From the human T2T-CHM13v2.0 reference genome, Homo sapiens: a DNA stretch of 64,000 nucleotides. Of this stretch, positions 29,361 to 43,339 are shown piece by piece. The stretch lies in assembly GCF_009914755.1 (NCBI RefSeq), contig NC_060926.1. One strand, written 5' to 3'. Made by a program: the position numbers and the translations under genes. Position 1 is the stretch's first letter, and every line of letters starts with the position of its first letter. The notes beneath the pieces were generated by a model. The model worked only from the letters and a program-made list of their open reading frames with translations. It searched no databases and was not told where the DNA came from.

Positions 29361-30479
29361 TTTTCTTTTTTTTAAAGTGAGGGGTGAGGGACAGAAAAGA
29401 AAGGAAGAAGGAAGAGAAGGTGACAGTGGAGCCAGGAGATAGCAGAACATCATATTACAATTTGTAACCTTCTCTATAATTTTTCACATCCAGTAATACA
29501 GCCATTGCCTCTACCCCTGCCCACCTAAGTCTTCAACATAGACTTTTAGAAAACACAACTATTTTCTGTGAATGGGTTTCTTGTAGAAACCAGTGAAGGC
29601 ATTGAGATTTGAGTCAAGGTGATGCAAAGCAAAAGGCTGAAAACAAGTACGAAGAAGTAAGGTGCAGTCTCAAAGACAGCAAACATGCTATCTGGCTTCT
29701 GGAGTCCCATAGGACCGTAGACACAAGGTTTAGGTTAAGTTCAACTGGGTTTCTGAGGGTCAGGGTGACCCATATGAATACAGATTATGTATTTATACTG
29801 AGTCATATCTTATGTTCATAAAACATATCTCCCTCATCATTAACATTTTAGCAACATTTTGTTTTAATTGGCTATATAATATCATTGTGCTAAAGTATTA
29901 CAGCTTTTGCATCTAACCTGTTACTTGTTTCCAGTTTTTGCTATTTAAACAAAACTGTCAACAGTACTTGTACATAAACTAGGCAAGCAAGTCCTATTAC
30001 CTTGTTAGGTGGAAAAATTAAATGTTTACAAATTAAGATATACATTGTTAAATCTCTTTATAAGGATTTGTATTAATTTTCACTGGCAGCATCCAGGTAT
30101 AGATTTATCTGTTTCATTATACGATTGCCAGCACAGAGTATTACATTTTAATGATATTTTACTCTTTTAACATTTAAAATATTATGTATAGGGATTTATT
30201 TAAGATACTTTATAATGGTTTCTGCCCTCACATTTTTACATGGGAGTTAGGAGTCATTGGAGCAAATCTGAAGAAGTCAGTAAAACTGATCATTTGAGCC
30301 AGGAATTGGTCAGTAACCAGTTAAGGGTTAAGGCATATCTATTACTTTTGTATTATATAAACTTGAGTTTCTTATCTTTCTGAGAGAATATAGATATTTA
30401 GTAGGGGTCTCAAAAATAGACTGAGATAGGGAAAAATGGTTTACTGATAAATGAGATATAGTGCAATATCAACACGGAA

Positions 30480-30655
30480 CTTCTGTCCCTTTCACTCGGT
30501 GAGGACTCAGGTAATGGCATCATTTTTGATGCAGAGAGAGAGCCCTCTCTAGATACTGAATCTGCTGACTCTTTGATCTTGGACTTCTCAGACTCCAGAA
30601 CTGTGTGTAATACATTTCTGTTGCTTGTTATAGCAACCCAAATGACTAAAATATG
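30480..30655 (+). mobile_element. MLT1A-like MaLR LTR 3' part
   Basis: GAATCTGCTGACTCTTTGATCTTGGACTTCTCAGACTCCAGAACTGTG...GTTATAGCAACCCAAATGACTAAAATA. Confidence 0.75.
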
Positions 30656-31596
30656 AGCTGAGATGCTAATATAACAAATAGCTAGGCAAATTGCTTACTG
30701 ATTTAAATCAGTTAGATCAAAAAGAACATGCATTCCACCAGGTGCCATTATTTTTAGAAACCAGTTATCACGGGGAACAAAGAGGCAAGGTAAACTAAGT
30801 GACTCTGAAATCAGGGCAAGCTAGAAAAATAAACTATGGGAAACAGGTAAGACATAATTTCCGTTTCTAGGGGAGTGATAGAAGACCAAGAAATGTCCCA
30901 CAGGGGCCACTGGAAGAGCCAAGGCAGTATTGATCATTCTGGTGCTAGTGGTTCCAACCAGACCAATAGTAGGCCTTCTACAAAACTGGCATCTCGGGGA
31001 AGAGATTATGTGAATATTCAGAAGAGTCAAAGGACCACTTCTAGGCTATGGAGCCTCCTTCTATCTATAATTCTCTCCTAAGCTGTTTGTTCAGTATCAG
31101 ATGGAAATCAGATGCAATGTGGGCCCCCTGCTTCAGGGTTTAATCAGTTTGGATGTAGCCAAGTTCACCTGGTAATAAACTCCCAGGTGGCTGCCATAAG
31201 AAGCTACATAGGACATTGTGACATAGAAATTATAAACATCAGTGTGTCTGAGAGTGAAGAACCTGCTTTCAAGTTGTACACAACTTGGAAGCTAATCCCC
31301 AACTCTTTTGCTTATAATGCACAAAGCGAAGAGAGGAAAGAGAAACATTCACTTTGAGTACACTCTTAGCAGGACACCAGACAGTTTAGACTATAAGGAA
31401 AATAGAGGATAAGAGAGCAAAAGAAGAAAGGAGGGAAAATAATAGTTTTCTCTAGGCTGGGGACACATAAGATATTGTCCCTTTGTTTTATTGGTAGGAT
31501 GGCATGAATAGTAACCATTTACCTATACCTTGTATACCCTCTCAGAACGTCAACAGAAAGCAGATAAATCAAAAGGCAGATACAGCTTTTGGTAAG

Positions 31597-31783
31597 ATTT
31601 ATTTTATTTTAAATTGACAATAATTTTATATATTTGTGGAGTATAGAGTAATATTTTGATACATGTGTACATTGTGGAACGATCAAATCAGAATAATTAG
31701 CATATCCATCACCTCAAATATTTATCATTTATTGTGGTTAGAACATTTAAAATCTCTTTTAGCTATTTTGAAATATACAATAT
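31597..31783 (-). mobile_element. L1MA-type 3' end fragment
   Basis: GATCAAATCAGAATAATTAGCATATCCATCACCTCAAATATTTATCATTT...GCTATTTTGAAATATACAATA. Confidence 0.8.
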
Positions 31784-31795
31784 AGAGAAGAATAT

Positions 31796-32122
31796 GGCCA
31801 GGCATGGTGGCTCATGCCCGTAATCCCAGCATTTTGAGAGGCCGAGGCAGGAGGAGCACTTGAGGTCAGGAGTTCGAGACCAGCCTGGCCAACATGGTGA
31901 AATCCCGTCTCTACTAAAAATACAAAAATTAGCTGGGTTTGATGGCGCATGCCTGTAGTCCCAGCTACTTGGAAGGCTGAGGAGGGAGAATTGCTTGAAC
32001 CCGGGAGGCAGAGATTGCAGTGAGCTGAGAAGCTGAGATTGCACCACTGCACTCTAGCTCTAGCCCGGGCAACAGAGTAAGACTCCGTCTCGAAAAAAAA
32101 GAAAAAAAAAAAGAGAGAGAGA
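31796..32122 (+). mobile_element. AluS (Sx/Sz-like)
   Basis: Full dimer from GGCCAGGCATGGTGGCTCA to an A/AG tail. TSD core AAGAATAT on both sides. Confidence 0.95.
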
Positions 32123-33436
32123 AAAGAATATATCTGAATATATATATTCAGATAAAAATCTACAAATAAGTTTTTCCATTTTAGCTTTTTGTAAACAGTA
32201 GGCAATGAAATTAGAAACTCTCATTTTGCACATGAAAATACATCCCTCATTTTCAAGGCTCAGCACTGAGGATATGGTGAAGAAAAGATAGACTCCACTT
32301 TTCAGCCTAGGTATCTTGTTGGGCAATCTGTATGGATCACAAAGCAACCAGCATGTACAAGGAAAGACAGAAATGTTTGAATGTATTGATTATCCTAATA
32401 TCTGCTTTGCATCATTTTTGTTCATTTCTGGAACTAATTACCAGTGGTTCTTAACATTCCAAGATAAGAAAAGATGATATGATGTGTTTTAGTCATAAAC
32501 CACTGAGCATTTCATATTCAGTTGAATCTAAAATTGGGTAATACCTATATCTCTTAAAGAAATTACATTATTTCTAAAGGGTTAAACTCGTAATCCATAA
32601 ATAGAAGTTTGTATATGTAAAAACTGCTTCCAAAGGCAGTAAGATGAAATTATTTCTCTTTCATCTGCTTTCTGTCTTTATCTCTTTTGTCCATGCTCTC
32701 TGACAGGCAGTGCATGTGCCCTTACTCCCTAGTGACTTAAATATATTTTTATAAGTTTAAAACAAATACATTGCTGAAGGACATTCTCTAACTGCACATA
32801 TATACTTATATGGGCAATTCATGGCTGTGAGGTCAGTCTTTTTCTTTTATCAATATTTTAGAGCCACCATAGCCAAAATAACTAATGGCATGAAAAGCTA
32901 TTAATCTGCTCGCTAAGATGATAAGCTACCTTAAGACAAAGTTAAAATATATGCTTCTCCTTTATTTTGATTAATCAGCAAGTATGCCTTCTTTTCATTT
33001 ATCTCTCTCATTCATTTGTAACAAATTAAGCTCAGTTAGAAGTTGGAAACATTTCAAAGGTATTCATTCTTTAGAATAATGATAGAGGACCTATTCTGTA
33101 AAAAAAAAAAAATGTTTGGGAAAATTAATCTCCCCTATTCACTAATATTGTATTGGAATTTTCTGAGTGACATGTGTGACTACAAAAACTGATGCATAAC
33201 AGTGTTCTATCCTTGCTAAGCATATGTGGAGACACATCTTTGGCTCACAACTCTGGATATCCTTCCAGATTCTGGGATATAATCCCTGCCTCCACACAGT
33301 TTATATTCTAATATAAAAAAGTAGAGAATTGTAAGAAAAATTAGACTAAAGAGTAAGAGGAGAGAAACAAAAAGTTTGAAATGGGATAATTAAGGTGGGA
33401 GACAGAATGAAATTACGGCAGAGGGGTAGCTGAGAT

Positions 33437-33642
33437 CAAGGGGTGTGCTGGAGCAAGTTCGAATAGGGTTACACAGCCTTACTGTTAAATTTTCAGGAAT
33501 TTTGTGAACGCCTTTTTGAACTTTTGTATCTTAAAGTTAGCCATGGTAGGAGCATTTACACCATAGAAATCAGTAAATGCTACAAATCAGGACTCTTCTA
33601 CCCCCAGAGAGCGGGTTGTTAAACATTTACCAACACATCACT
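33437..33642. mobile_element. MER63A-like hAT DNA transposon
   Basis: GGTGTGCTGGAG...CTGTTAAATTTTCAGGAATTTTG...GTTGTTAAACATTTACCAACACATCACT, with inverted ends. Confidence 0.75.
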
Positions 33643-33667
33643 ACCCAAAGCACTAGGGTTTCACAGG

Positions 33668-34027
33668 TATATTAGTTCGTTCTCACGCTGCTTGTAAAGA
33701 CATACCTGAGACTGAGTAATTCATAAAGGAAAGAGGTTTAATGGATTCACAGTTCCACATGGCTGGTGAGACCTCACAATCATGGTGGAAGGTAAAGGAA
33801 GAGCAAAGACACGTCTTACATGACAGCAAGGAAGAGGGCATGTGCAGGGGAACTCCCCTTTATAAAACCATCAGATCTCATGAAACTTACTGACTATCAC
33901 GAGAACAGCATGGGAAAAACCTGCCCTCATTATTCAGTTACCTCCCACTGGCTCCCTCCCACAACATGTGGGGATTATTATAATTCACGGTGAGATCTGG
34001 GTGGGGACACAGAGCCAAACCATATCA
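33668..34027 (-). mobile_element. THE1 (B/C-like) MaLR solo LTR
   Basis: Ends GGGTGGGGACACAGAGCCAAACCATATCA, the reverse complement of the THE1 start. 5-bp TSD ACAGG/ATAGG. Confidence 0.93.
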
Positions 34028-34999
34028 ATAGGCATAGTAACATAGATTACAAATTCGATGGGAAACTATTAAGACAGTTGTGTGCATGGCAATAAAAATA
34101 TCTTTTCTGACTACTTCATTAAGAGCAGACCATGAGGACAGTGGGGTGGGGGGCGGGAGGCAGGAAGGGAGCAAGAGTGGAAACATAGAATCCCTTTAGA
34201 AAGTTTTTGTAGTTGTCACTAAAAAATTCCCCAGCTCTGTGGAGCCAGAACCTCCCAGTCTTCTGGTTATTCATAAATGAAGAATCTTTTAGCAGATTTA
34301 TATGACTTCGGTCAGAGTTGTCTGAAAGTAGGCATCTGATAGTAATGGCATGAATCCAAAAAATCTACGGCCGAAGATGACTAAGAAAACTCATACGTCT
34401 TATTTTAAGGTATTGGTACAGTCAGTTTGTTAATTGCTATGAGACATTAGCCCACTGCTAAGCTTTGGGTCACAAAATAATTGCTTTAAATGTATGTTTG
34501 CTCTTGATGAAATGTTAATATACTCCAATGCTAAATTTTGTCCCCAAACTCCAAAAAGAAACACTCATACTTTCTGAAAATGGAGACTAGAAGGGAGGGG
34601 GAAACAAGGAGGAAGACTAGTTTCTGAAATTGCCTTCAAGATTCTCATGTTCTTCTCCCTGAACTGCTCCTTCAGGTAAAGAGGAAAAAAAGGTGTAAAG
34701 GAGATGATTATGGAAAAATAACTTCTTCCAAAAAAAGCCTCTGAGAATTGAAGCCATCCAAAGAACCAAAGAAATTCTTCCTCCTGCACTACTACCTCAA
34801 GCATAAATGGTGTTTGATTAAAACATTGTCTGTTTAATGTAGCAGTCTATTAGCTATTGGACCCTGTTTATATCACCAAGCTAAATACACTAAGCCTACT
34901 TGTGATAACGAGTAACTTAGAATATGTAATGTTTTGCTATTTTTTTGTTTTGTTTTTATATTCTAACAGGTGCTAATATTTTTCTGAAAAAATATATTT

Positions 35000-37900
35000 T
35001 TAAGTAATCATTTTATTTACAGTATAACATACATACCAGCTCAATAATTATTCACCCATTCTAAGTAGCTTCAAATTAAAAAAAATATATTAGCAGCATC
35101 TCAGAAAGTCTCACTTTCCACTCTGTCACTAACCCCTCCAAAAGTAATCACTGCCTTAACTTATAACGTTCAAAATCATGTTGTTGCGTGTAGCAATATA
35201 ACATCTTTTATTCTTATTGTTTTATAATAATATACTGTAAAAATATTCCATACTGTATTTAAATAAGTTATTTAATTATCCTGTTAAGTTACTTCCTGTA
35301 TTTACCTCTTATGAATAATACAGCTGTGAACATTCTTTTAAAGATTTTTTGATGAACTACTACGTATATTTCCTTTGGACATATATCCAGGAGTGGAACT
35401 GGTGTGTCAAAGTGTACACATGATAAACTTTAGTATATATTGCTAAGGTTAAAGCTGGTTACAAGAGTGATTTCAATAGTGTTTTGCCATTTGGGCTCCA
35501 CTGCGGTGTAAAAAAATCCCAGTGTGCCAAATTCTTATGATATTTGGTACTGTAAGTCCTTTAATTGCAATGCTATTCTGATGTATATATAATGGTTATT
35601 TATTTGCAATTTAAAGTTTTATCTCCCTGATGACAAATAAGAATAAGTTATTTTTCCTATATTTATTGGCTATGTAGATATCTTCCTTTATAAGGTGACA
35701 TTTTAAGTTGTTTAACAATTTTTCTATTGGGTGATCTTTCTTTTTTTACTGATTTAAGTTTTTCATCATTTTAAAAAAATGAGTCCTTTATCCTATCTCT
35801 GTGAGTTAAACGTTCACTATTTTAAGGGTGTTGTTCAATAAACAGAAAGTCTTAATAGTAAATGTAGCACAATTAATCTTTTTTTTCCTCTTTACAGCTA
35901 GTATTTTTGTGTCCTGTTTAAAAAAAACCTTGTATACCTCAAAGTCATGATGATACTCTGTTGTGTTTTTTTATAGAAGGTTGATTGGTTTCTCTTTCAC
36001 AGATCACTGATCCAGTTAGAAATCATATGTCTTTACGGTATGAAATATAAGTCAAGGTTAGTATATGAAATTTTATACTTCAGTAAATTGTATCATTTTA
36101 TTTCATTTACAATTATTTATGGCTGGTATATAAAAATAAAATTTATTTTTGTATATATATGTATGTATGTGTGTATATATATATTATCTAATGATCTTAA
36201 CATTATTTCTAATAGCTTGTCTCTAAATACTTTTATATTTCTATGGGCATAATCATATTATCTCCAGATAGTTAAATTCTTCCTTTTCTAATACTTATGC
36301 TTTTCTTTTACTTGCTTTATTGCAATGACTAGAACCTGTACCGCCATATTGAATAGAATTGGTAGCATAGGCATCTTTGTCTCATTCCACATCTCCAAGG
36401 AAAATTTGTTGACAACTCACGAATAGGCAGATGTTTTTATGGGCTTGCATATTTGTTTGTTTTGGAAAATATTCTTAAGATATTAAAGAAGTTCACTTCT
36501 ATTAATAATTTGTTTAGCATTTTTCATAATGCATGGGTGTTGAATTTTATCAAAAGTTTTATAGTATTTATTGGGTTTATCTTAAGATATATCTCTTTCT
36601 ATGCCATCAAGGTAGGGTTTACATTTATTGATTTTCAAATGTTAATTCAGTCTTTAATTCCTAGAATAAAATCTCTTTTGAATATTTTATCTTTCCTTTA
36701 CATCACTGGATTTGATTTAACTCAGGTTATGGTATAAAGGTTATGATGGTCTTTTAAAACATTGACAAGTTTTGCCTCTCTTTTATTTGTATCCTGAAAG
36801 CATTTGTTCAATATTGGAGCTATTTCTTTTTTAAGCGGTTGGAAGAATTCATTAGTGAAAACATTTAGCTTGACATTTTCTTTATTGGAAGGCTTTTAAT
36901 AATGTATTAAATATTTTTATAGATACAACTATTCCAATTTTCTATTTCTTCTTTTGTCAGTTTTGTTAATATGTGTTCTACCTTCAGGAAATTGTCTACT
37001 GCTCTGCATTTTTAAATTCATTGCTACAAATTTGTAATGTTTTCTTATTATATTTTTATGTTTGTATAATCTATTGTGGTTAGCCTTTTTCATTTCTTAC
37101 TTTGGTAAATTGTACCTTTTCTCTTTTTTTCCTTGAACAGATTGATTAGATGATGATTAATTTTATTAATATTTTTAATGAACTAGCTTTTGGATTTGTG
37201 CTTTCCTCTGCTATATGTTTGATATGTGTTTCATTATTTTCTGTTCTTATTTTTATGATTTCCTTTATTCTAATTTCCTCAGTTTTGAATATTGTGTGTC
37301 TCCATTTTCTTGAGATAATTGGATAAATTTTAACCTTTCCTCTCCAACATATGAGCTTAAAGTAATAAATTTCTCCCTAAGCCCAGTATTAGTTACATTC
37401 TACAAGTTCAATCTGCTTGATTTTCACTATTGTTCAGCTCAAAATATTTATCAATTTATAATGTAGTCTTAGACCTTTGTGTTACTGCAGAAATGTCATT
37501 TTAAATTTCTAAACATTTTTTAATTTTCTAGTTAACTTTTCAGATTTTTTAGAAAACATACTTCAAATTATTTCATTGCTTTGAAATTTTAGGGACCTGT
37601 TTTATGACCCAGCATATCGGTAAATTGGTGAGTATTGGTAAATATTTTATATACACATGAAAAATACGTGCCCTGTCAGTTAATACAGTTATGTTAAAGT
37701 CTACCATTATCATTTTGAATATGTTTATCTATAACCATATAAAAATATTAAAATATGCATTACTATATAAAAATGTAAGTATACTACCTTTCTTATATAG
37801 CAACTGTTACCTTTTTCTGTTTTTTCTTTATCATTTCTACATTTATATTTTATGTGTAGCATATGTTGTGTTTTACCTTTTCATCTATCCTGACAATTTT

Positions 37901-38290
37901 TTAATTGGGGTTTATTCTCCATTTATTTATAATGCAATTAATGACATATTTAGTTTAATATCCCACCATCTTAATATTTGCTTTCTCTTTTTCCCACCTG
38001 ATCAGTTCCTTTATTTTCCTTTCACCTACTTTTGGGTTAAATTCCCTACTCTCAGCCTGAAAAGCTCCCTTTACTATTTCTTTGAGTATGAGTTTGCCAA
38101 TGAAAAATCTCTATCAGTTTTTCTTTATGTGAACATGTCTTCATTACACCATCACTTTTAAAGCATATTTTCACTGTGTATAGAATGGCATAGTATGTGT
38201 ATAGATTAACAATTACTTTATTTCAGCACTTTAAAGGTGTCATTTCATTGTTTACTGGTTTCTAATCTTTCCTCTGTGATTCTTTCCTCT
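35000..38290 (-). mobile_element. Ancient L1M (ME/MC-like), highly diverged
   Basis: T-rich antisense ORF2 and 3' motifs (CCAGGAGTGGAACTG, TTGAATAGAATTGGTAG...GGCATCTTTGTCT, GGTTGGAAGAATTCATTAGTGAAA). Boundaries approximate. Confidence 0.75.
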
Positions 38291-38975
38291 CTAGGATCTT
38301 AACCTGAATAGCTCTCCACCATCTCCAAGTAGATGGTTATCATATTTCATCCATCTTTCCTAGCTACTTGCGGCAGAAGCATTGTCTGCCACAAGCATGG
38401 GTGCCCCTAAGTGGAAGTCTCCAAAGTAACCATTCACTTACTTTAAAAATGGGCCCCTTAAGGAACTTAAGTATAATGTTTTGATTGTCAGGAAATACAC
38501 ACTAAGCCAGCAACTCAGAGAGGATACAATCTGGGCTTCCACATTACTTCTAATTCCTTGTATTGTATCATAACTAATGTATGTCTATCATTTCTTAAAG
38601 ATCATATAAAGTTTGTGAAAAAATAAAATTAATAAAATACCATGTTTGCTCATTGAGTTTTAGAAAATTTTTTAGAAACATTTAAAACAACTTTTTTAAA
38701 TGCTTAATTAAATGGAGAGTTTTAAATGTACTTAATAAAGATATCTTTTTTCTGACATATACAAGTATGTAAGGAATAAGACTGACTTGAAGCATCACAG
38801 TGACATAACAAATATAAATTTGGAAGTATATTATTATGCAAAAAAGAAGTCACTTGATGTTAATTAAATCTGGAACAAATTTAGTATCATGCTTAGTGAC
38901 CAAGTCATGGCTCTTCACTTTCAGGCGAATATAACTCATACAATTAAGAAAAAAATTCTAGGCTTCAAAAGTGTA

Positions 38976-39465
38976 TGTAACAGTCAGGATCCCAAAAGGA
39001 AAGAAACGGTACACTTAAATTATAGTAAACCAAGAATGAGTTATTTACAAAGACACTCTGTGTGAGTAAAGGAGAACCAAAAGGAATAGTGCAGTAATCT
39101 AACATGAGTAGCTGCGAGGCTGCTGTAACTCTTTATAACTAAAGAGACAAAGAGAGAAAGGAAACATTACCAGAACTAGAAGAAAAAAGGTATACACAGA
39201 AAATCACTTTGGAAGGAACAATAATATTAGTTGGACGATCACAACTGAATCCAAGAAAATCCTGTAGGGAAAGAGCTAGCAAAATAAATACCCAGAATAC
39301 CCTGACATGAATCCCCTTTCTTCTTTCTAAGCCCCCATTAACCAAACCTAACCAGACATCAGAGAATGTGGAAAACCACTGTTTGGGTGGATACCAGGTT
39401 AATCTCTCTGGGAAAGGAGCAAAGCAAGGTAGAGAAAGGTGGAGAGTGGCAGCTATCTGGAGCAA
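38976..39465. mobile_element. Ancient LTR (ERVL/MaLR-like)
   Basis: TGTAACAGTCAGGATCCCAAAAGGAAAGAAACGGTACACTTAAA...TTATTTACAAAG start motif. Family uncertain. Confidence 0.5.
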
Positions 39466-41586
39466 AAAGACCTGGAATTTCTGTTCGCTATCATATCTTT
39501 ACCTCCTTTACCTCCTTCTGCATGTTTAATTATTATGTACTAAAATATAATTTCAAATCAATTAGGCTTTGGATATTTAGGCAGATTTCATTCAGATAGA
39601 TGATGAGTATTTAATTCTACAGTAAGTACACATTTGTATCTTGTGCATATAAAATATCAGGAATGAGGTTTTGGGGACAGTCAAGGGACACAGATCCATC
39701 AGAAAGATCCCTCAGAAGGTTCTACTCCAATAGTTATGGAAATAAAATGGCATAATTAGTTCATCTGGGAACATTTTTGAATCTTTAAAAAATCACATGG
39801 CATTGCAATTCCCTATAAGGAAAACTAGATTAAAGAAACCAGTAATTAAAATAGAGAACTTCAGATGTATTTAATGGAGATGTTCTTTACTAAAATACTA
39901 GGAATAATATTGGCTTGAAGCATTACAGTGATTTAAGAAATAAGAAGTAGGAAGCATGGAGCTGGCTAAGGTACAATATTTATAGACAGTTTTTGGATGT
40001 AAATCAAAACTCTACCAGGAAGGTTTAGAAAGGAATGGATACTTTATTAGGTAAGGTTCAATCTACAACTGTGAGTCAATTGAAAGTTAATAGCAGCTTT
40101 GTTAAAGGTCATAGATAAATGGCTGCTGTAGTTTTAATGAATATTTTATTCATGTCACCTTTAAATTAGTTAAATTTTGAAAGAATAATGAAGTAATGCC
40201 AAAGGCTCCTTCCAGGATCATTGAAAGTGTAATTTAATTTTAAGGCTTTAGAACAAGTTTCAAAGTCTGATACAAGGCTTTTAAGTTTGTGGAGTCTTTT
40301 TTCTTTTTACCATTTATTGCATGTTAAAATTTGCTTTTTAAAATATATGTTTTGCAACAATAATATAGCAGAAATAGCAGGGAATTTACAATAATGTATG
40401 ACTTGTTTTGAACCCCAAATTCATTAGTTATTACCTTAGCAAAACTGGAGAAAAATCATTTAATTTCTTTGAGCCTCACTTTTGTCTTCTGAGAAATGGG
40501 AAATACTAGAATTTCAGGGGATTAATTAAGGTTTTCTATTAATATCCTCTGCAGATTTGTCTTGGTAAGAATAGAGCTTCTTTTATGTGATTCAACAGCT
40601 AGCAAATCTAATAAAATAAAGAGACACACCTAGGTAATTTTCTTTGTAAACAGTATAATTTGAGCATTACAAAACTGAAGCTCATGAATTGTGAAGGTCA
40701 ATTATAGAGAAAAGAATATGTAACAGTTGCAGTCAGAAGAGAGACTGGAAATAGAATTTTTACATGAGACCCTCAGATAGTTAGAAGAGGAAACCTAAAC
40801 AAAAGAGGTATGTATCTGGCAAGACTAGCCTCAGAGTCATGGCTCAGAAACAGGCGTCAAGGATGAGAAAATGGAAAAACAAGATGAAGGAAAAGGAGGT
40901 AGGTCAATGGACCAAGATGCTGGGGAATCCAGTTTATTTAAGTACATGGAGGACACCTGCCTTGGATCATTTGAAAAGTCCAGGTGAGCACTCAGGCCGT
41001 GCAGTCTTTAAAAGGCTTTATGAGCCTCTGAAATCATTCTCCCTTTTTAAATAACAAAATGCCCTAAAGAGCAATGAAAGTATGGAATGTTACCAATGCT
41101 TTCCTTAGAAATCAGTTACTGAAGCTTTATTAGATAAAGCTTGTAAAGCATTCTGGGATCAGAAAATAATAATTTAAGTAATTGAAAATTTTCTTGTTAG
41201 TTGGCCACAAACTATTGGCCATTTCTTAAAATCAGTAAATGTCTTTTAAAAGCTAACTTTTCAGACAAAATATGAACTGCTATATAATTGCTTGACCACT
41301 TTACAACCAAACCCATAGCACAAAAATCTGATAGAAATTGACTTAGTCACAAAACCATAACTGCTTGTGTTCATTTTTCTGAAGTGTTAGTGAATTATTA
41401 TTCAAAAATACATTATACATAAAATGAATTTGTTTTCAATTTATAATTAATTGCCTTTGGAATTACCAGACAAGCAGGGAACTAATTAATGATTTCTTAA
41501 TGGACTTCGTCTAAGGCAAGCTAGTTCCAAATTGCAAAGTCCTTTTACAAAAGAGCATAATTAATGTTTGCATAACTATTTAGAGA

Positions 41587-42570
41587 TTCATTTGTTCATT
41601 CAACAAATGTTTATTTGCACTTTACTCTGTTCCCAACCTTATTTTAGGAAATATGAATAGAGCAGTAAATTAACATGCCTGACCTTATGGTGCTTACATT
41701 CCTGTGGAAAAAAAACCAACTGATTAAAACAAAAAATCTAAACAAATAATGTACAAGATAAATTCAGGTGGAAATTAGTGGAAAAAAAACAAGTGAGAAG
41801 ATACAAAATAAGGGTATGGTATTTTAGATAATGGAGTTAGAAAAGGCCTCTCTGAAGAGATGCTTTTTAGTAGAATCTTGAATAAAAAGAGAAAGCATGC
41901 CCTACAGATCTCTGGAGAAAAAGCATTTAGGGAAGAAGGAATGGCAAGTGCGAAGGGCCTGAGGTAGGAAGTTGTCTGATGTGTTCAAGGAAGAGGAATG
42001 AAGCTTATTTAGCTAAGGTAAGTGGGTAGCCAGAAACCAAATAATAAGGGCCTTGTAAACCTTTAAAGGGTTTTGTGCAGGGGGGTGTTGAAATTTGTCT
42101 TATGTTTTCACAAAATTAAGTTTTTACTGGGACAAAATACAGTAAGGAGACAGGAAGCCAATTAGGAAGTAAGAGGTCCATTAGCTAGCACACAACAGTT
42201 TTGGACAAAGGTGATGGTCATGTAACTTAGGGAAGTAGCAGTGGAGGCAATGATGATGACTTGGATTTGTATATATTTTAAGGAGTGGAATGGGCTAATG
42301 ATGGATGGGATGAGGTTATGAGAAGGACAATGGAATTAGAAATGACTTCCATTTTTTGCATTTAAAATAGAGTAAAATTATTTTGAGATGGATTGTGCTG
42401 GGGGCAGCTAAAATTTGGGGAAGAAAATAAAGATTTCAATTGTAGAATACCTTAAGTTTAAGATGCCTATTAATCATCCAACACAAAGAAGTGAAATGGA
42501 CACTTGCATATGCACAATAGAAGTTTAGGAAAAATAGCAAAGCAAATGATCTTTGGTCTACAGATGAAGC
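41587..42570 (-). mobile_element. L2 fragment
   Basis: TTCATTTGTTCATTCAACAAATGTTTATT (reverse complement of the L2 3' end), AGGCCTCTCTGAAGAG and AAGTGCGAAGGGCCTGAGGTAGGA. Confidence 0.85.
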
Positions 42571-42919
42571 CTATTGTCTACCTTATAATTTGAAATTACT
42601 GGAAATTTTCTGAAGATACTCATATCCATTCTCTTGATCATGAAATCTATGGGGATCCTTAAAGTATGTTTCTCCAGAGTATAGCCTATGGCAGTAATTG
42701 CTCTTAAGATACAACCTCAGTGTGTTTCTGATTATTCCAAAAATGGTGGCAGATAGTCCCAATCTTTAGGAAATCTGCCCACAAGAAAGGAAAACCTAAA
42801 ATGGAAAAAAGTACAAGTTGGATGCTTTCCTAGGACAAAGCTGAGAACAGATGAAAACTGTTTTCTCTGAAAACAGATTTGCTTCTAAACCTGAACTCTG
42901 ATAGGATACACTTTTGGCT

Positions 42920-43035
42920 ATCCACATTTACACTAGCCACCTTTCGAGGGCTCAGCAGCCCCCTGTTGAAAGTGGCTACCATATTGGACAGCACAGATAT
43001 AGAACACTCTATCTTCAGGAAAATGTATTGCAAAT
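42920..43035. mobile_element. MER3-like hAT-Charlie fragment
   Basis: AGTGGCTACCATATTGGACAGCACAGATATAGAACA. Confidence 0.75.
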
Positions 43036-43339
43036 TAATGAACAGGATTGTTTGAGCTTTTGTTCTTAAATACCAAATTATAAGTGAGGAACTCATTCAA
43101 ATGAAAACGGAGAATTTTTTCTCTGCTGTCTTCAGTCCTGTTTTATTCTTTATTAGTACTGGATAAAGGTCTTTTCTGTGAGAATGTTCAAAGCCAAACC
43201 TGAATCCTTCTTTGCAAAAGAAGATTGATATACTCAATCAGTTCTGAAAAAGACTGTAAACTGTGGAGTGTTCATTTTTGTGGTAATCTTTCACTGTTTG
43301 TCAGTTTTCTTCCTTTCACTCCCTTTAATTAAATTATGT

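Noticed and set aside
36040-38161. Hydrophobic F/I/L/Y-rich ORFs resembling membrane proteins
   Set aside because: A by-product of T-rich antisense L1M sequence.
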